A stretch of 64,000 nt of DNA, taken from the NCBI GenBank assembly GCA_018401435.1, contig JAGYJW010000023.1, positions 25,327 through 89,326 on the forward strand, written 5' to 3'. How positions within the stretch are numbered: position 1 is the first letter of the stretch; each line of letters begins with the position of its first letter. This document shows, piece after piece, positions 26,064 to 37,898 of the stretch. The notes under the pieces are model-generated. The model was not told where the DNA came from, did not search any database, and saw only the letters and a program-made list of their open reading frames with translations. A program made the position numbers and the translations under genes. Source of the DNA: Deltaproteobacteria bacterium (GTDB lineage Bacteria > Myxococcota_A > UBA796 > UBA2385).

Positions 26064-28258
26064 ATGCTGCTCCGTAAACCCGCCCTGATCCTGGTCCTTG
26101 GCCTGACGGCCGCCTGTGGCGCCAAAGGCGAGTTCGGCCTGCCCACCACCTCGGGCCCCAAGGCCACGGCGGCGCCGGAGTTGACGATCTCCGAACCGGC
26201 CGCCGACCGCGTCTACGCCGAACGCGAGGAGGTCGAGCTGCGGATCGCCGTGACCGACGCCGACACGGCGCTGGCCAGCCTGAGTTTGAGCTGGGCCTCG
26301 TCCTTGGACGGAGAGCTGGCCGGCAGCGCCCACCCCGACGACTTCGGCAACGCCAGCCTCGTGCAGCGGATGAGCGTCGGCCAGCACCTCTTGACGGTGA
26401 CGGCCACCGACGCCGAGGGCAACCTGTCGGCGGCCTCTGTGGCGGTGACGGTGAACGGCGCGCCCTCGGCACCCGTCGTCGAGATCCAGCCCGGCGAGCC
26501 CGGCACCGACGACGACCTGGTGGCCGTGGTGGTGGGCGGCGCCCAAGACCCCGAAGGCGACCCCCTCACCTACACCTGGTCCTGGACGCTGGAGGGCGTG
26601 GGCGCCGGCGACACCGACACCATCGACGCGGACCGCACGGAGCGCGAGCAGCGTGGCGGGTGGTGGTGGTGGCCAGCGACGGCCTGCAAGACAGCCCCGC
26701 GGGCAACACGACGGCCCTGATCGGCCCCCCCTGCGACCAGGACGGCGACGGGCAGCGTGATCTTCACCCCGACTGCGGCGGCGACGACTGCGACGACCTG
26801 GACGCCGGGGTCTACAGCGGCGCGATCGAGGACTGCTACGACGGCAAAGACAACGACTGCGACGGCATCGTAGACCGCTGCACCCAGGACCTGGCCAATG
26901 CCGCCGCCATCATCGAAGGCGTGGACAGCGACGACGCCTTGGGCCGTGGCCTGGCCATCGCCGGCGATGTGAATGGCGATGGCTGGACCGACGCCTGGGT
27001 GGGCAGCGATCAAGCCGGCACGGGCGCCAGCCCCAAGGGCTTCGCCTACCTGCACCTCGGCCCGCTGTCGGGCACGGTGCGGGCCGACGGGGGTGCCGCG
27101 GTGGTGCGGGGATTCACCGATCTGGACGGCATCGGCGCCAGCTTCGCCGCCCCCGGCGACCTGGATGGCGACGGCTTTGACGACAGCCTGCTGGGGGCCC
27201 CCCGCGGCGGCACCTTGTGCCGAGGGCCCACAGGCGGAGACTGCGACGAGGGCGAGATCTGGCTGATGGCCGGTCCACTGACAGGCACCCTCACCGCAGG
27301 AGCGGCGGATCACCTGGTCTTTGGAGACGACGAGAGCGCCCTGGCCGGCTCCGCCCTGGCCTGGCTGGCGGATCTGGACGGCGACGGCAGCGGCGAGCTG
27401 GCCATCGGCGCGCCGGGCTGGTCCAGCAGCACCGCCGGCAGCGAAGGCGCGGTCTACCTGGTGTCGGGCCCCCTCACCGAAGCCAGCACCCTCTCTACCG
27501 CCGACAGCCGCATCCGCGGGGTGGCCGTGGGCGACCGCTTCGGCCTCGCCCATGGCGTGATCAACGCGGGAGATACCGATGGAGACGGCCTGGACGAGCT
27601 GGCCGCCGCGGCCACCTGGTCCGGCCACCAGTCCCTGACGCCGGGCACGGCCTTTGGCGCGGTCTACCTGTGGCGGGACATGCCCGCATATGGCAGCAAC
27701 GCCACCTCGGCGGAAGTGCGCGTGGTGGGCCAGGATCGGGGCGATGAGCTGGGCGCGGCCCTGCTGGGTGGCATCGACCTGAATGGGGATGGCTACGACG
27801 ATCTGGTCGCGTCCAGCCTCACGGCAGGTGGGGCGGGCACCGTCTATGTCCTCGCAGGCCCGCTGGTGGGCGGCTCGGCCCACCTCGTCGCTGCGGCCAG
27901 CCTGGTGGGTGAGTCCAGCAGCGCCCAGGCCGGCGCCAGCATCGCAGCGGCCGGCGATGTGGATGGCGATGGCAGCGAAGACCTGTGGGTGGGCGCCGCC
28001 AGCGGCGAGGGCCTGCAGGCGGCGGCGGGCGCGGCCCTCCTGGTCGTCGGGCCCTTCTCGGGGACCGTGGACCTGGGCACAGCCAGCAAGCAGCGGCTGA
28101 TGGGTGAGGTCACCGACGACGCGGCGGCTTCCCGCCTGGCGGGCGGCGGCGATCTCGATGGAGACGGCATCCTCGACCTGCTGCTGGCAGCGCCGGGCAG
28201 CGACCGCAACCAGGCAGGGGCCGGCGCGGTCTACCTGTGGGCGGGCTCCGATCTGTAG
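26064..28258 (+). CDS. FG-GAP (integrin-alpha-like) 7-blade propeller lipoprotein with a Cys-rich DNDCDG motif, split by one apparent frameshift near 26650
   Basis: The lipobox is 'LVLGLTAAC'. Seven DxDxDG calcium loops are present (GDVNGDGWTD, GDLDGDGFDD, ADLDGDGSGE, GDTDGDGLDE, IDLNGDGYDD, GDVDGDGSED, GDLDGDGILD). The Cys-rich segment reads 'DCDDLDAGVYSGAIEDCYDGKDNDCDG'. ORFs 26028..26720 and 26660..28258 overlap in different frames. Confidence 0.8.
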
Positions 28259-29085
28259 ACCGCCGCGTCGATGAGGTGGATACGCGCCTTCTGCGTCGGG
28301 TCCACCCGACCGCGGGCGTCGCCCAGGGCGGGCAGGACCTGGGCCTGGGTGAAGCCCGCATGCTGCAATGCAGCATGGGCGCCCGCCACCCCATCGAAGT
28401 GGGCCAACACCCGCCCGCGGGCCACCACCGACACGCTCAGCAGAAAGGCCCGCACGAGCGGATCCTGGTCGGGCCCGCCCACGGCCAGATCGGCGAAGAA
28501 GTGCCCCGCCCGGGACCGCCCCAGAAAGGCGCAGGCCCGCTCCAGCACCGCGCGCACGGCCGGCGGCTGGAAATAGTAGAGCAGGCCCTCGGTGATCAGC
28601 GCGGTGGGGGCCGTCGGGTCGAAGTCGGGCCCGACCGCGGCCTCCAAGCAGAGGGGGCCGTCGGTGGCCAGCAGGTCGAGGTCCACCACGCGGTGCCGGG
28701 GCTGCCGGTAGCCGGCCCGGGCAAAGGCCCGGCGCTTGTGTTCGGCCATGCCGGGCAGATCCCCCTCCACATAGAGCAGGTCGGGGTAGCGGGCGACAAA
28801 GCGGGCCCCCCGGCTGGCCAGGCCGCCGGGCACCTCGACCACCTGGCGCAGGCCCTCGTCCTCGATGACGCGGGTCAACATCCGGTCGATGCCGTGGTGG
28901 CGGTGCAGCAGGGTGGACTCGACCGTGGGCGAGCCAGTCAGGCGCGACAGCGGGCCCAGGAGCAGCGCTGCGCCGCGATAGAGCCAGGGGCTGGCGGCCC
29001 CGACCAGGGCGGGGTGGGCGAGGCCGTTTCGGGCCCACACCGTCGCGGTGTAGTGGGCGGTGGGGCTGATGCGCGCGTCGGACAT
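28231..29085 (-). CDS. Class I SAM-dependent methyltransferase (LCMT / O-methyltransferase TIGR00027-like)
   Basis: Supporting motifs are 'ISPTAHYTA', 'VVEVPGGLASRG' and 'LITEGLLYYF'. The ATG is at 29085. Confidence 0.7.
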   Translation of the reverse strand: MSDARISPTAHYTATVWARNGLAHPALVGAASPWLYRGAALLLGPLSRLTGSPTVESTLLHRHHGIDRMLTRVIEDEGLRQVVEVPGGLASRGARFVARYPDLLYVEGDLPGMAEHKRRAFARAGYRQPRHRVVDLDLLATDGPLCLEAAVGPDFDPTAPTALITEGLLYYFQPPAVRAVLERACAFLGRSRAGHFFADLAVGGPDQDPLVRAFLLSVSVVARGRVLAHFDGVAGAHAALQHAGFTQAQVLPALGDARGRVDPTQKARIHLIDAAVYRSEPAHR

Positions 29086-29123
29086 GGCCGGACGATAGCC
29101 GACCCACACAAGAGGAGCCCGCC

Positions 29124-29645
29124 GTGCCACCCGAGGATGCCCCAAGCCCGCCCCGCCGCCACCGGGCCCTGCGCTGGCTGCGCGAGCTGCTGCTCACCCT
29201 GCTGCTGGGCGCCCTGCTCTTTCACCTTGGGGGCTGGCTGCGGGCGCCTGACCTCCCAAATGAAGCCCCTGACTTCATTCTCGCAGATCTGGATGGGGGC
29301 ACGGTGCAGCTCTCCCAGCTGCGGGGCAAGACCGTGGTGCTGAATTTCTGGGCCACCTGGTGCGGCCCCTGTCGGGTCGAGATCCCCAGCTTCTCGACCT
29401 TTGCGGAGGACCACCCGGAGCTGGTGGTGCTGGGTATCGCCACGGACGGCAGCCCGGGCCAGCTCAAGGCCGCCCGCAAGAAGCTGGACATCCGCTACCC
29501 GGTGCTGGTGGGGGACCGGGCGACCGTGCAGGCCTACGACGTGCAGAGCCTGCCCACCACGGTCATCATCGACCCGGAGGGCAAGGTGCGATCGGCCCAT
29601 GGGGGCATGCTCACCCGGCCGCAGCTGTGGTGGATGACCCGCTGA
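29124..29645 (+). CDS. TlpA/ResA-family thiol:disulfide oxidoreductase (membrane-anchored thioredoxin fold)
   Basis: The active site is 'FWATWCGPCRVEIP' and there is an N-terminal TM helix. The start is GTG, with an AGAGGAG Shine-Dalgarno upstream. Confidence 0.88.
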   Translation: MPPEDAPSPPRRHRALRWLRELLLTLLLGALLFHLGGWLRAPDLPNEAPDFILADLDGGTVQLSQLRGKTVVLNFWATWCGPCRVEIPSFSTFAEDHPELVVLGIATDGSPGQLKAARKKLDIRYPVLVGDRATVQAYDVQSLPTTVIIDPEGKVRSAHGGMLTRPQLWWMTR

Positions 29646-29650
29646 GGGGT

Positions 29651-31329
<1,679 letters not shown>

Positions 31330-31333
<4 letters not shown>

Positions 31334-33480
31334 GGGGTCTCCCCTTGTGCCGGGCCCATGCCCAGCTCGTCGAGAATCCAGTCAGCATGCTCAACCTCAT
31401 CGAGGATCCAAAGCATGTACCGGATGTCGACATGAATGCTGCGGGTGAGGACGGGATCAAAGACCCAGTCCGCGCTCATCGCCTCGTAATTGCCGTCGAA
31501 GATGAGCCCCACCAGGCGGCCCTGGCTGTCCAGGGTGGCGCTGCCGGAGTTGCCGCCGGTGGTGTCGAGGGTGGTGAGGAAGTCCACGGGCACATCGCCC
31601 AGGGCGGGATCCACCCAGCGGCTCTGCCGCGAGCGGGCCGCAGCCTGCAGCACCCGGTCGGGCGCGTCGAAAGGCCAGGCGCCCGCCTTGTCCACCATGC
31701 CGGCGACGGTGGTCTGGGGCAGGGCCAGCAGGCCATCGGCCGGGGCGTAGCCCTCTACCCGCCCCACCGTCACCCGCAGGGTGCCATTGGCGTCAGGGTA
31801 GAGGTCCCCATCGGTGAAATTGCGCAGGGCGTCGACATAGTCGGGCTGCAAGCGAAGGCGTGCCCCCTTGCGGGCCTTGTCGAGGTCGCGGCGGGGCGCC
31901 AGCCAGGCATCCAAGGCGCCGGCCAGCTGCACCCAGGGGTCGGTGCTGGCGGCCAGCTCTGCCGGGGTGGCGGAAAGCAGGGCCAGGCGCCCCTCGGTGC
32001 TGGCCAGGGCCGGCGTCGTGTGCAGGCGCTCCAAAGCCGGGTCGATGCCGCCCCACTCGGCGATCAGCGCCATCACCGGGGCCGGCTGCTGATTCGGGGG
32101 CAGAGCGGCGATGCGCGAGAGCAGCATCGCCATCACGTCGCGATCCGACGCGATCCACATCGTCTTGTCCAAACGCTCCATGCGGCGGACCAGGCGCTCG
32201 CGATCGCGCTCCTGATAGCCGCGATCGCGCAGCAGATCGGGCTTCTCGCTCTCGTGGGCCAGGCGCCAGGCCGTATAGGCCGCCCCCAACAGATCGATGC
32301 CCTGCAGCCAGCCCACCAGCGCGTCGCTGCGGTATTCCTGCTCCTCCACCGCCTGCATCTGGTCCAACTCATCGAGCACCGGGCCGTAGCGGCGCAGGCG
32401 CTTGGGATCGGCGCCGATCCAGCCCAGAAGTTCCTTTTCGGCCCCTTCTTTGCGGGCGACCACGTCGCTCTTGGAGAAGCCGTCCAACATGCCCTGGGCA
32501 TATTTGCGCCCATTCTCCAGGTAGCCGACATGGGCCGTCAAGCGGGCCCGGGCCTCGTCCGAACGACTGGCATGATCATTGAGAATGCCGATCATGGCTT
32601 CGTAGAGGTCGATGCGGAAGGGGTAGGCCTGGTCGCGGGCGAAGCGCATCTGCCGGGCGCGCTGGTAGCGGTAGGTGGACCCGGGGTAGCCGGCCACCAT
32701 GACAAAGTCGCCAGGGCGGGCGCCCTCGGGGTTGAGGGTGAGGTGCTGGGGCGGCTTGTAGGGCACATTCTCGGGCGCGTGTTCCGCCGCAGCGCCGTCC
32801 GGGGCGACATAGGCCCGCAGAAAGGCGAAGTCGCCGCCGTGGCGGGGCCACATCCAGTTGTCCACCTCGCCGCCATACTGTCCGACGGCTTCGGGGGGAG
32901 CATAGACCAGCCGCACATCGCGCAGGCGCCGCTTCTCGATCAGCCGGTATTCGGCGCCACCCCAGTAGCTGGCCACCTGGCAGCGCACATCGGGGCGGTC
33001 TCGCTCACAGGCGGCCACCAGCGTCTTCTCTTGCAGGGCCACCATGCGCTCGCGGGTGCTGTCGCTGGTGCGGCGCCGCATGCCGGACAGCATGGCCACG
33101 GTGACGTCGGTGATCTTCTCGACCACCTGCACCTCGGAGCCCGGGCCCACCCACAGCTCTCCGGCCCGGTCGGGGGCGAGGTAGCCGTCCTTGTTGCGGT
33201 CCTGGTCGGCATCCGACAGGTATTGCAGGTAGTCGGCCACGCAGTGGTGGTTGGTGGCCACCAGGCCATCCGGCGAGATGAAGCTGGCCGAACAGAAGCC
33301 CAGCGTCACGATGCTGCCCAGGGGCGAGCCCATGGGATCGCCCAGCTCATCGGCGTCCAAGGTCAGCCCCAGATCGCGCAGCTTGCGCTCGCGGTGGGGC
33401 AGCTGCTCGGGCAGCCACATGCCCTCGTCGGCGTGGGCAGCGGAGGCGGAGAGCAGCAGGCCGAGGAGGAGGACAGACAC
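31330..33480 (-). CDS. S46 family serine peptidase (dipeptidyl-peptidase 7/11-like)
   Basis: A signal peptide is followed by 'DEGMWLPEQLP', then 'ATNHHC' (His), and a C-terminal 'TTGGNSGSATLD' (Ser). Confidence 0.85.
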
Positions 33481-33510
33481 AGCGACTCCCTGGGGGACGG
33501 GAGCGGGGGT

Positions 33511-34047
33511 CTAACGCCTCGCCGCGCGCTCCACGTCCCCCAGGCGCCAGGAGTTGAAGCCATGGTTGGAAATATGCCACCAGGCGGTGGCCCCCGCGGG
33601 GTGGGCCGCGGCCACCGGCTGCTCCAACATATCGATGGCCTCGGACCCGGGCACCGCAAAGCGCGCCTCCCAGATGACCTCGTCCTCGATCTGCAGCACG
33701 ACCCGCGCCTCGGCGGGGAGCTGGGCCCAGAGATCGAGGTGCCAGGCCACGAAGTCCAGCCGGTCGCCGGCTTGCAGGGCGCCGGCCAGGGGCTGGCTGA
33801 AGACCGCATAGGCGCAGCGGTCGCTCTCCACCTCGAAGAAGCCGGCTTCAGCCCGATAGGCGGCCGAGGGGCAAGCCGCGTCAGCCGGGCGATCCGCGGC
33901 AAAGGGGCCGTCGCCGGCTGCTGTGGACCAGCCGTCATGGGGCAGCACCACCTGGGGCCCGGCTGGCACGGCGCTGTCGGCGTCGGACTTGGGGCCAGAA
34001 CAGGCCAGGCAGAGGCCGAGCAGCGCCGGCCCGAAGCGGCGAATCAG
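33511..34047 (-). CDS. Hypothetical lipoprotein (start codon uncertain)
   Basis: The coding-like sequence begins 'IRRFGPALLGLCLACSG' (lipobox). No ATG, GTG or TTG is available. A CTG at 34047 overlaps the bamD TGA. Confidence 0.5.
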   Translation of the reverse strand: MIRRFGPALLGLCLACSGPKSDADSAVPAGPQVVLPHDGWSTAAGDGPFAADRPADAACPSAAYRAEAGFFEVESDRCAYAVFSQPLAGALQAGDRLDFVAWHLDLWAQLPAEARVVLQIEDEVIWEARFAVPGSEAIDMLEQPVAAAHPAGATAWWHISNHGFNSWRLGDVERAARR

Positions 34048-34832
34048 GCGCCCCCGACCGGCTGGGCGCGCGCCACCCGCTCGCGGGCCTGCCGGGCCAG
34101 GCTGGGGTCCAGGCTGTCCAGGCGCTCCAGCGCGGCGGCGGCGTCTCCGGCCTCCCCCTGCCAGGCGTGGGCCACCGCGAGCAGCGCCAGGCCTTGGGCG
34201 GCGTAGCTGCTGTCGGGCCAGGTCTCGAGCAGGCCCCGGGCGCGGCCCTCGACCGCCTTCCAGGCGCCGCGGCGGCCATAGAATTCCGCTATTTGAAGCT
34301 CTTTTCTGGCCAGCCGTTCCCGGCATGCCGTGAGCTTTTCGAGGACCTCGGCCTGGTAGATGGAGTCGGCGAAGCGGCTGTCGAAGCCGGTCCAGGAATT
34401 CACCGCCTGGCGGGTCCAGGTCTGGTCGCGTCCAGCGATGCGCGGGGCCTTGCGGTACAGGGCCGACCCGATGCGAAAGACCACATAGTCGAGGTCGGGA
34501 TGCCGCGGGTGCAGGCGCATGAAGTCCTCATAGGCCAGGCGCGCCTGGTCCCACTCGTTCTTCTTGTAGTGCACATCGGCGATCGCGAGCTCGGCCTTGA
34601 CCGCGTAGGGGTCATCCCGGTGGTAGTTCCGGATGCGGCTGAACTGTTCCAGGGCTTTGACGTAGTAGCCCCGGTTCATATACTTGAGGCCCAGCTCGTA
34701 TTGCTCCTGCACCGTGGGCTGCTGGCGGGCGGCTTCGGCCGGCCGAGAATGCAGCAGAGCCGGGGCGAGCAGCAGCCCGCTGACAAGCAGCAGGCGGCAA
34801 AGCAGGGGCCGGATGGAGGGTGCGCGGAGCAT
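34044..34832 (-). CDS. bamD: Outer membrane protein assembly factor BamD (TPR lipoprotein-like)
   Basis: The sequence 'EQYELGLKYMNRGYYVKALEQF...ADVHYKKNEWDQARLAYEDFMRLHPRHP...IAEFYGRRGAWKA' matches the BamD/YfiO pattern. The ATG is at 34832. Confidence 0.85.
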   Translation of the reverse strand: MLRAPSIRPLLCRLLLVSGLLLAPALLHSRPAEAARQQPTVQEQYELGLKYMNRGYYVKALEQFSRIRNYHRDDPYAVKAELAIADVHYKKNEWDQARLAYEDFMRLHPRHPDLDYVVFRIGSALYRKAPRIAGRDQTWTRQAVNSWTGFDSRFADSIYQAEVLEKLTACRERLARKELQIAEFYGRRGAWKAVEGRARGLLETWPDSSYAAQGLALLAVAHAWQGEAGDAAAALERLDSLDPSLARQARERVARAQPVGGA

Positions 34833-34951
34833 GGAGCAGGCGAGTAGCCCGGAGGATGGCGGGCGGTCAACCCGCGGCTCGCGCCCCCGCATCCTCCCTG
34901 CATCACGATGGGTGCTTGTCATGGGCGAAGATGCGTCTACATAGAAGCACC

Positions 34952-36334
34952 ATGCGACCGCGCCGCACCGTGCCCCTCGACGCCATTGGAATCGGCCTCG
35001 CCGCCGGCTTCGCCTTGGCCATTGCGGGCGGCGCCCTGGCCAACCTCGTGCAAAAGGACGTCGGTGGCGCCGATCCCGCGGACCAGACCCCCGCAGGCGA
35101 CGCCTTGCCTGTCGCCGCCGCCATGGGCAGCGCCGACCCCATTCGCCGCACCGCCACGGTCGAGGCCGTGGAGCGCGTGGCCCCCGCGGTGGTCAGCATC
35201 ACCACCGAACAGGCGGTGGCCGATCCCTTCTTGCGCCGCGGGGGCCGCACCCGGTCCAGCGAGGGCTCGGGGGTGGTCATCGCATCCGACGGGGTGGTCC
35301 TCACCAACGCCCATGTGGTGGAGGGCGCGTCGCGCATCCGCGCCACCTTCGCCGATGGCGCCGGCTACGAGGCCGATGTCATCGGCATCGCGCCCGAACT
35401 CGACCTCGCGGTGCTGCGCCTGCGTGGGGGCGCCGGGCTGATCGCCGTGCCCCAGGGCACCAGCAGCGACCTCATGCTGGGAGAGCCCGTCATCGCCATC
35501 GGCAACCCCTTTGGCCTGGGCCACACGGTCACCACCGGGGTCATCTCCGCCACCCGCCGGCCCCTGGCCACCGACGACCGCGTCTACCAGGACTTCATCC
35601 AGACCGACGCCAGCATCAACCCCGGCAATTCGGGCGGCCCGCTGATCAACGCCCGGGGCGTGCTGGTGGGCATCAACACCGCCGTGCAGGCCAGCGGCCA
35701 GGGCATCGGCTTTGCCATCCCCGCCGACCGCGCCCTCAAGGTGGCCCGGGACCTGGTGGACTTCGGGTCGGTGCAGGTGCCCTGGTTGGGCCTGGACCTC
35801 AGCGATGTCGCGATCACCGGGCCGCAGGGCCACAGCACCGCCGCCCGGGTGGACCGGGTGCACCCTGGCACCTCCGCAGCCGCGGCGGGGGTGGCCGTGG
35901 GGGACATCCTCATCGCGGTGGATGGCCGGCCCGTGCAAGGGCGCTCCGATCTCAACGCCTGGCTGGCGGGCTTCAGCCCCGATCCCGAGGTCGAGGTCGA
36001 GCTGCTCACCGCAGGCAAGGCGCGCCGGCTGCGACTGGCCGCCAGCAAGGTGCCCGCCGATGTGGTGAAGTCCAGCATCGACACCGTCCTGGGCCTGCAG
36101 CTGGCCGACACCGACGGCGCCGGCCTGACGGTGCTGGCCCTGCGCCCCGATGGCGGGGCGGCCCGCGCCGGGATTCGACCCGGCGACCGCATCCTCGCCT
36201 TGAATGGCAGCAGCCTCGCCACCGTCGCCGACCTCGAGGCCGCCATCGGGCAGGCCAAGAGCGGCCACCGGGCCAACGGACTGGCGCTCGTGCGCCGGGG
36301 CGACGCCCGCGGCCGCCTCATGCTCCCCCTCTGA
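34952..36334 (+). CDS. HtrA/DegP/DegQ-family periplasmic serine protease with two PDZ domains
   Basis: The catalytic triad context is 'TNAHVV', 'DLAVLRL' and 'GNSGGPLINARG'. Two PDZ-like segments follow. The start is at 34952, or alternatively 34931. Confidence 0.9.
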   Translation: MRPRRTVPLDAIGIGLAAGFALAIAGGALANLVQKDVGGADPADQTPAGDALPVAAAMGSADPIRRTATVEAVERVAPAVVSITTEQAVADPFLRRGGRTRSSEGSGVVIASDGVVLTNAHVVEGASRIRATFADGAGYEADVIGIAPELDLAVLRLRGGAGLIAVPQGTSSDLMLGEPVIAIGNPFGLGHTVTTGVISATRRPLATDDRVYQDFIQTDASINPGNSGGPLINARGVLVGINTAVQASGQGIGFAIPADRALKVARDLVDFGSVQVPWLGLDLSDVAITGPQGHSTAARVDRVHPGTSAAAAGVAVGDILIAVDGRPVQGRSDLNAWLAGFSPDPEVEVELLTAGKARRLRLAASKVPADVVKSSIDTVLGLQLADTDGAGLTVLALRPDGGAARAGIRPGDRILALNGSSLATVADLEAAIGQAKSGHRANGLALVRRGDARGRLMLPL

Positions 36335-36379
36335 CCCCTCCCCTCGCCTTCCAAACCCTGCCCGCTCCCAGGAGCCGCC

Positions 36380-36691
36380 ATGCCCACCTCTCCTTCGGCC
36401 CCCGCCCAGCCCAGCGATCGCAAGCCGCCCCCGTGCAGCTTCTCCCAGTTTCTGGTGAGCCTGGGCAGCTCGGCCATGGTCCACCTGGGCGAGGCCCAGG
36501 ACCCCGACGGCGGCGCCCACAAGGACCTCGCCCTGGCCGCGCACACCCTCAACCTCCTGTCCTTGCTGCGCGCGAAGACCCGCGGAAACCTGGATGCCGA
36601 CGAGGCTCGGCTGCTGGATGCGCTGGTCGACGAGCTGGGCCAGAAGTACGAGGCCGTGGCCGGTCACCCGCTGCCCGACACCTGCAGCTGA
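36380..36691 (+). CDS. DUF1844 domain protein
   Basis: The 103-aa ORF reads 'SFSQFLVSLGSSAMVHLGE...LSLLRAKTRGNLDADEARLLDALVDEL', which matches the DUF1844 pattern from memory. Confidence 0.7.
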   Translation: MPTSPSAPAQPSDRKPPPCSFSQFLVSLGSSAMVHLGEAQDPDGGAHKDLALAAHTLNLLSLLRAKTRGNLDADEARLLDALVDELGQKYEAVAGHPLPDTCS

Positions 36692-36742
36692 TCGCCTACC
36701 TGGAATGGCCCATCTTCACCCTGGGTTCGACGAACGGGCGCG

Positions 36743-36772
36743 TTGACAGTGCCCAAAGTTGCGGGCTACCTT
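36743..36772 (+). promoter_or_regulatory. Sigma70-like promoter candidate upstream of the lipoprotein gene
   Basis: The layout is TTGACA (36743-36748), an 18-nt spacer, then TACCTT (36767-36772). It sits about 80 nt upstream of the ATG at 36852. Confidence 0.3.
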
Positions 36773-36851
36773 CCCGCACCGTGCACCCCACCTTCGGGGT
36801 CCACTTCGCCTGGCTGGCACCCTGCCGGCTTCCAGATGGAGGAAGACACCC

Positions 36852-37898
36852 ATGATCCGCTACGCGATGCTCCTGGCCCCCCTCGCCCTTCTCGCCTGCA
36901 ATGGCGACAAGGGCAGTGACACTGCTGCTGCCGATGGTGGCGACGGCGCCGATGGCGGCGCTTGCGACGTCGAGATCGCCCCCAGCTACCCGCTGGACGG
37001 CGCCACCGACGCCTACTACCGCTCCGACATCGAGTTCACCCTTTCCGAGGACGACGCCAGCGCCGTGCTCAGCGTGTCCGACGCCGGCGGCACCGCCGTG
37101 GCCGGCACCAGCATGACCCGCACCAACGCCGACGGCACCATCGGCCTGGTCTTCACCCCCGATGCCCCCCTGGCCCCCAGCACCAGCTACACCGCCACGG
37201 CCGAAGCCTGTGACGGCGCCGCCAGCGGCACCGTGAGCTTCACCACCAGCGGCCTGGGCACCGCCACCACCTGCGATCCCACCGGTGAGACCTACGTTCT
37301 CGACCTCCAGAACGCCCGCTTCATCGAGCCCCCCAACGTCGCCAGCCTGCTGCTCGGCCAGCTCGAGGACGACATCATGGTCGGCGTCGAGTCGGTCGGC
37401 GGCGGCAGCATCCAGATGATCGGCGCCATCGGCGCCTCCGGCGTGCAGGACTACTGCAGCCCCTCGATCCCCTTCCCCGCCGCCGACTACGAAGACCCCT
37501 ACTTCGTCATCGGGCCGCAGGACGTGGACTTCACCGTGGCCGGCGTCACCGTGCCCATCAACCAGCTCCGCGTCAGCGGCGACATCTCCAGCGACTGCTC
37601 CTATGTGGGCGGTGCCGTGCTCTCCGGCGAGCTGGACGCCCGCGTCCTCGCCCCCCTGGTCGGTGAGCTGCTCGGCGGCGGCGACAGCCCCGACGAGGTC
37701 TGCGCCCTGCTCGTGAACTTCGGCGTCGCCTGCGAGCCCTGCAGCAGCGACAGCGCCCCCTACTGCGTGGGCGTGCTCGCCGACCAGATCAACGGCATGG
37801 GCGGCGCGGCCACCATCGAGTGCGTGGACGAGAGCGACTGCCACCCCTCTTGCGACGCCAACACCTGCGGCGACCCCAACCTGGGTGTGTGCGACTAA
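36852..37898 (+). CDS. Hypothetical lipoprotein with an Ig-like (SbsA/Big_5-type) segment and a Cys-rich C-terminus
   Basis: The lipobox is 'LLAPLALLAC' and a GGAGGAAG Shine-Dalgarno is present. The segment 'PSYPLDGATDAYYRSDIEFTLSE...TSYTATAEAC' is Ig-like. The antisense 382-aa ORF is compositionally junk. Confidence 0.75.
   Translation: MIRYAMLLAPLALLACNGDKGSDTAAADGGDGADGGACDVEIAPSYPLDGATDAYYRSDIEFTLSEDDASAVLSVSDAGGTAVAGTSMTRTNADGTIGLVFTPDAPLAPSTSYTATAEACDGAASGTVSFTTSGLGTATTCDPTGETYVLDLQNARFIEPPNVASLLLGQLEDDIMVGVESVGGGSIQMIGAIGASGVQDYCSPSIPFPAADYEDPYFVIGPQDVDFTVAGVTVPINQLRVSGDISSDCSYVGGAVLSGELDARVLAPLVGELLGGGDSPDEVCALLVNFGVACEPCSSDSAPYCVGVLADQINGMGGAATIECVDESDCHPSCDANTCGDPNLGVCD

Noticed and set aside
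36815-36829. A sigma54-like element, TGGCAC-N5-CGGC, upstream of the lipoprotein gene at 36852.
   Set aside because: The -24 TGGCAC is good, but the -12 region lacks the TTGC consensus; only the GC is retained. The predicted transcription start would fall on the ribosome-binding site. No enhancer-binding protein gene is adjacent. The evidence is too weak to call.
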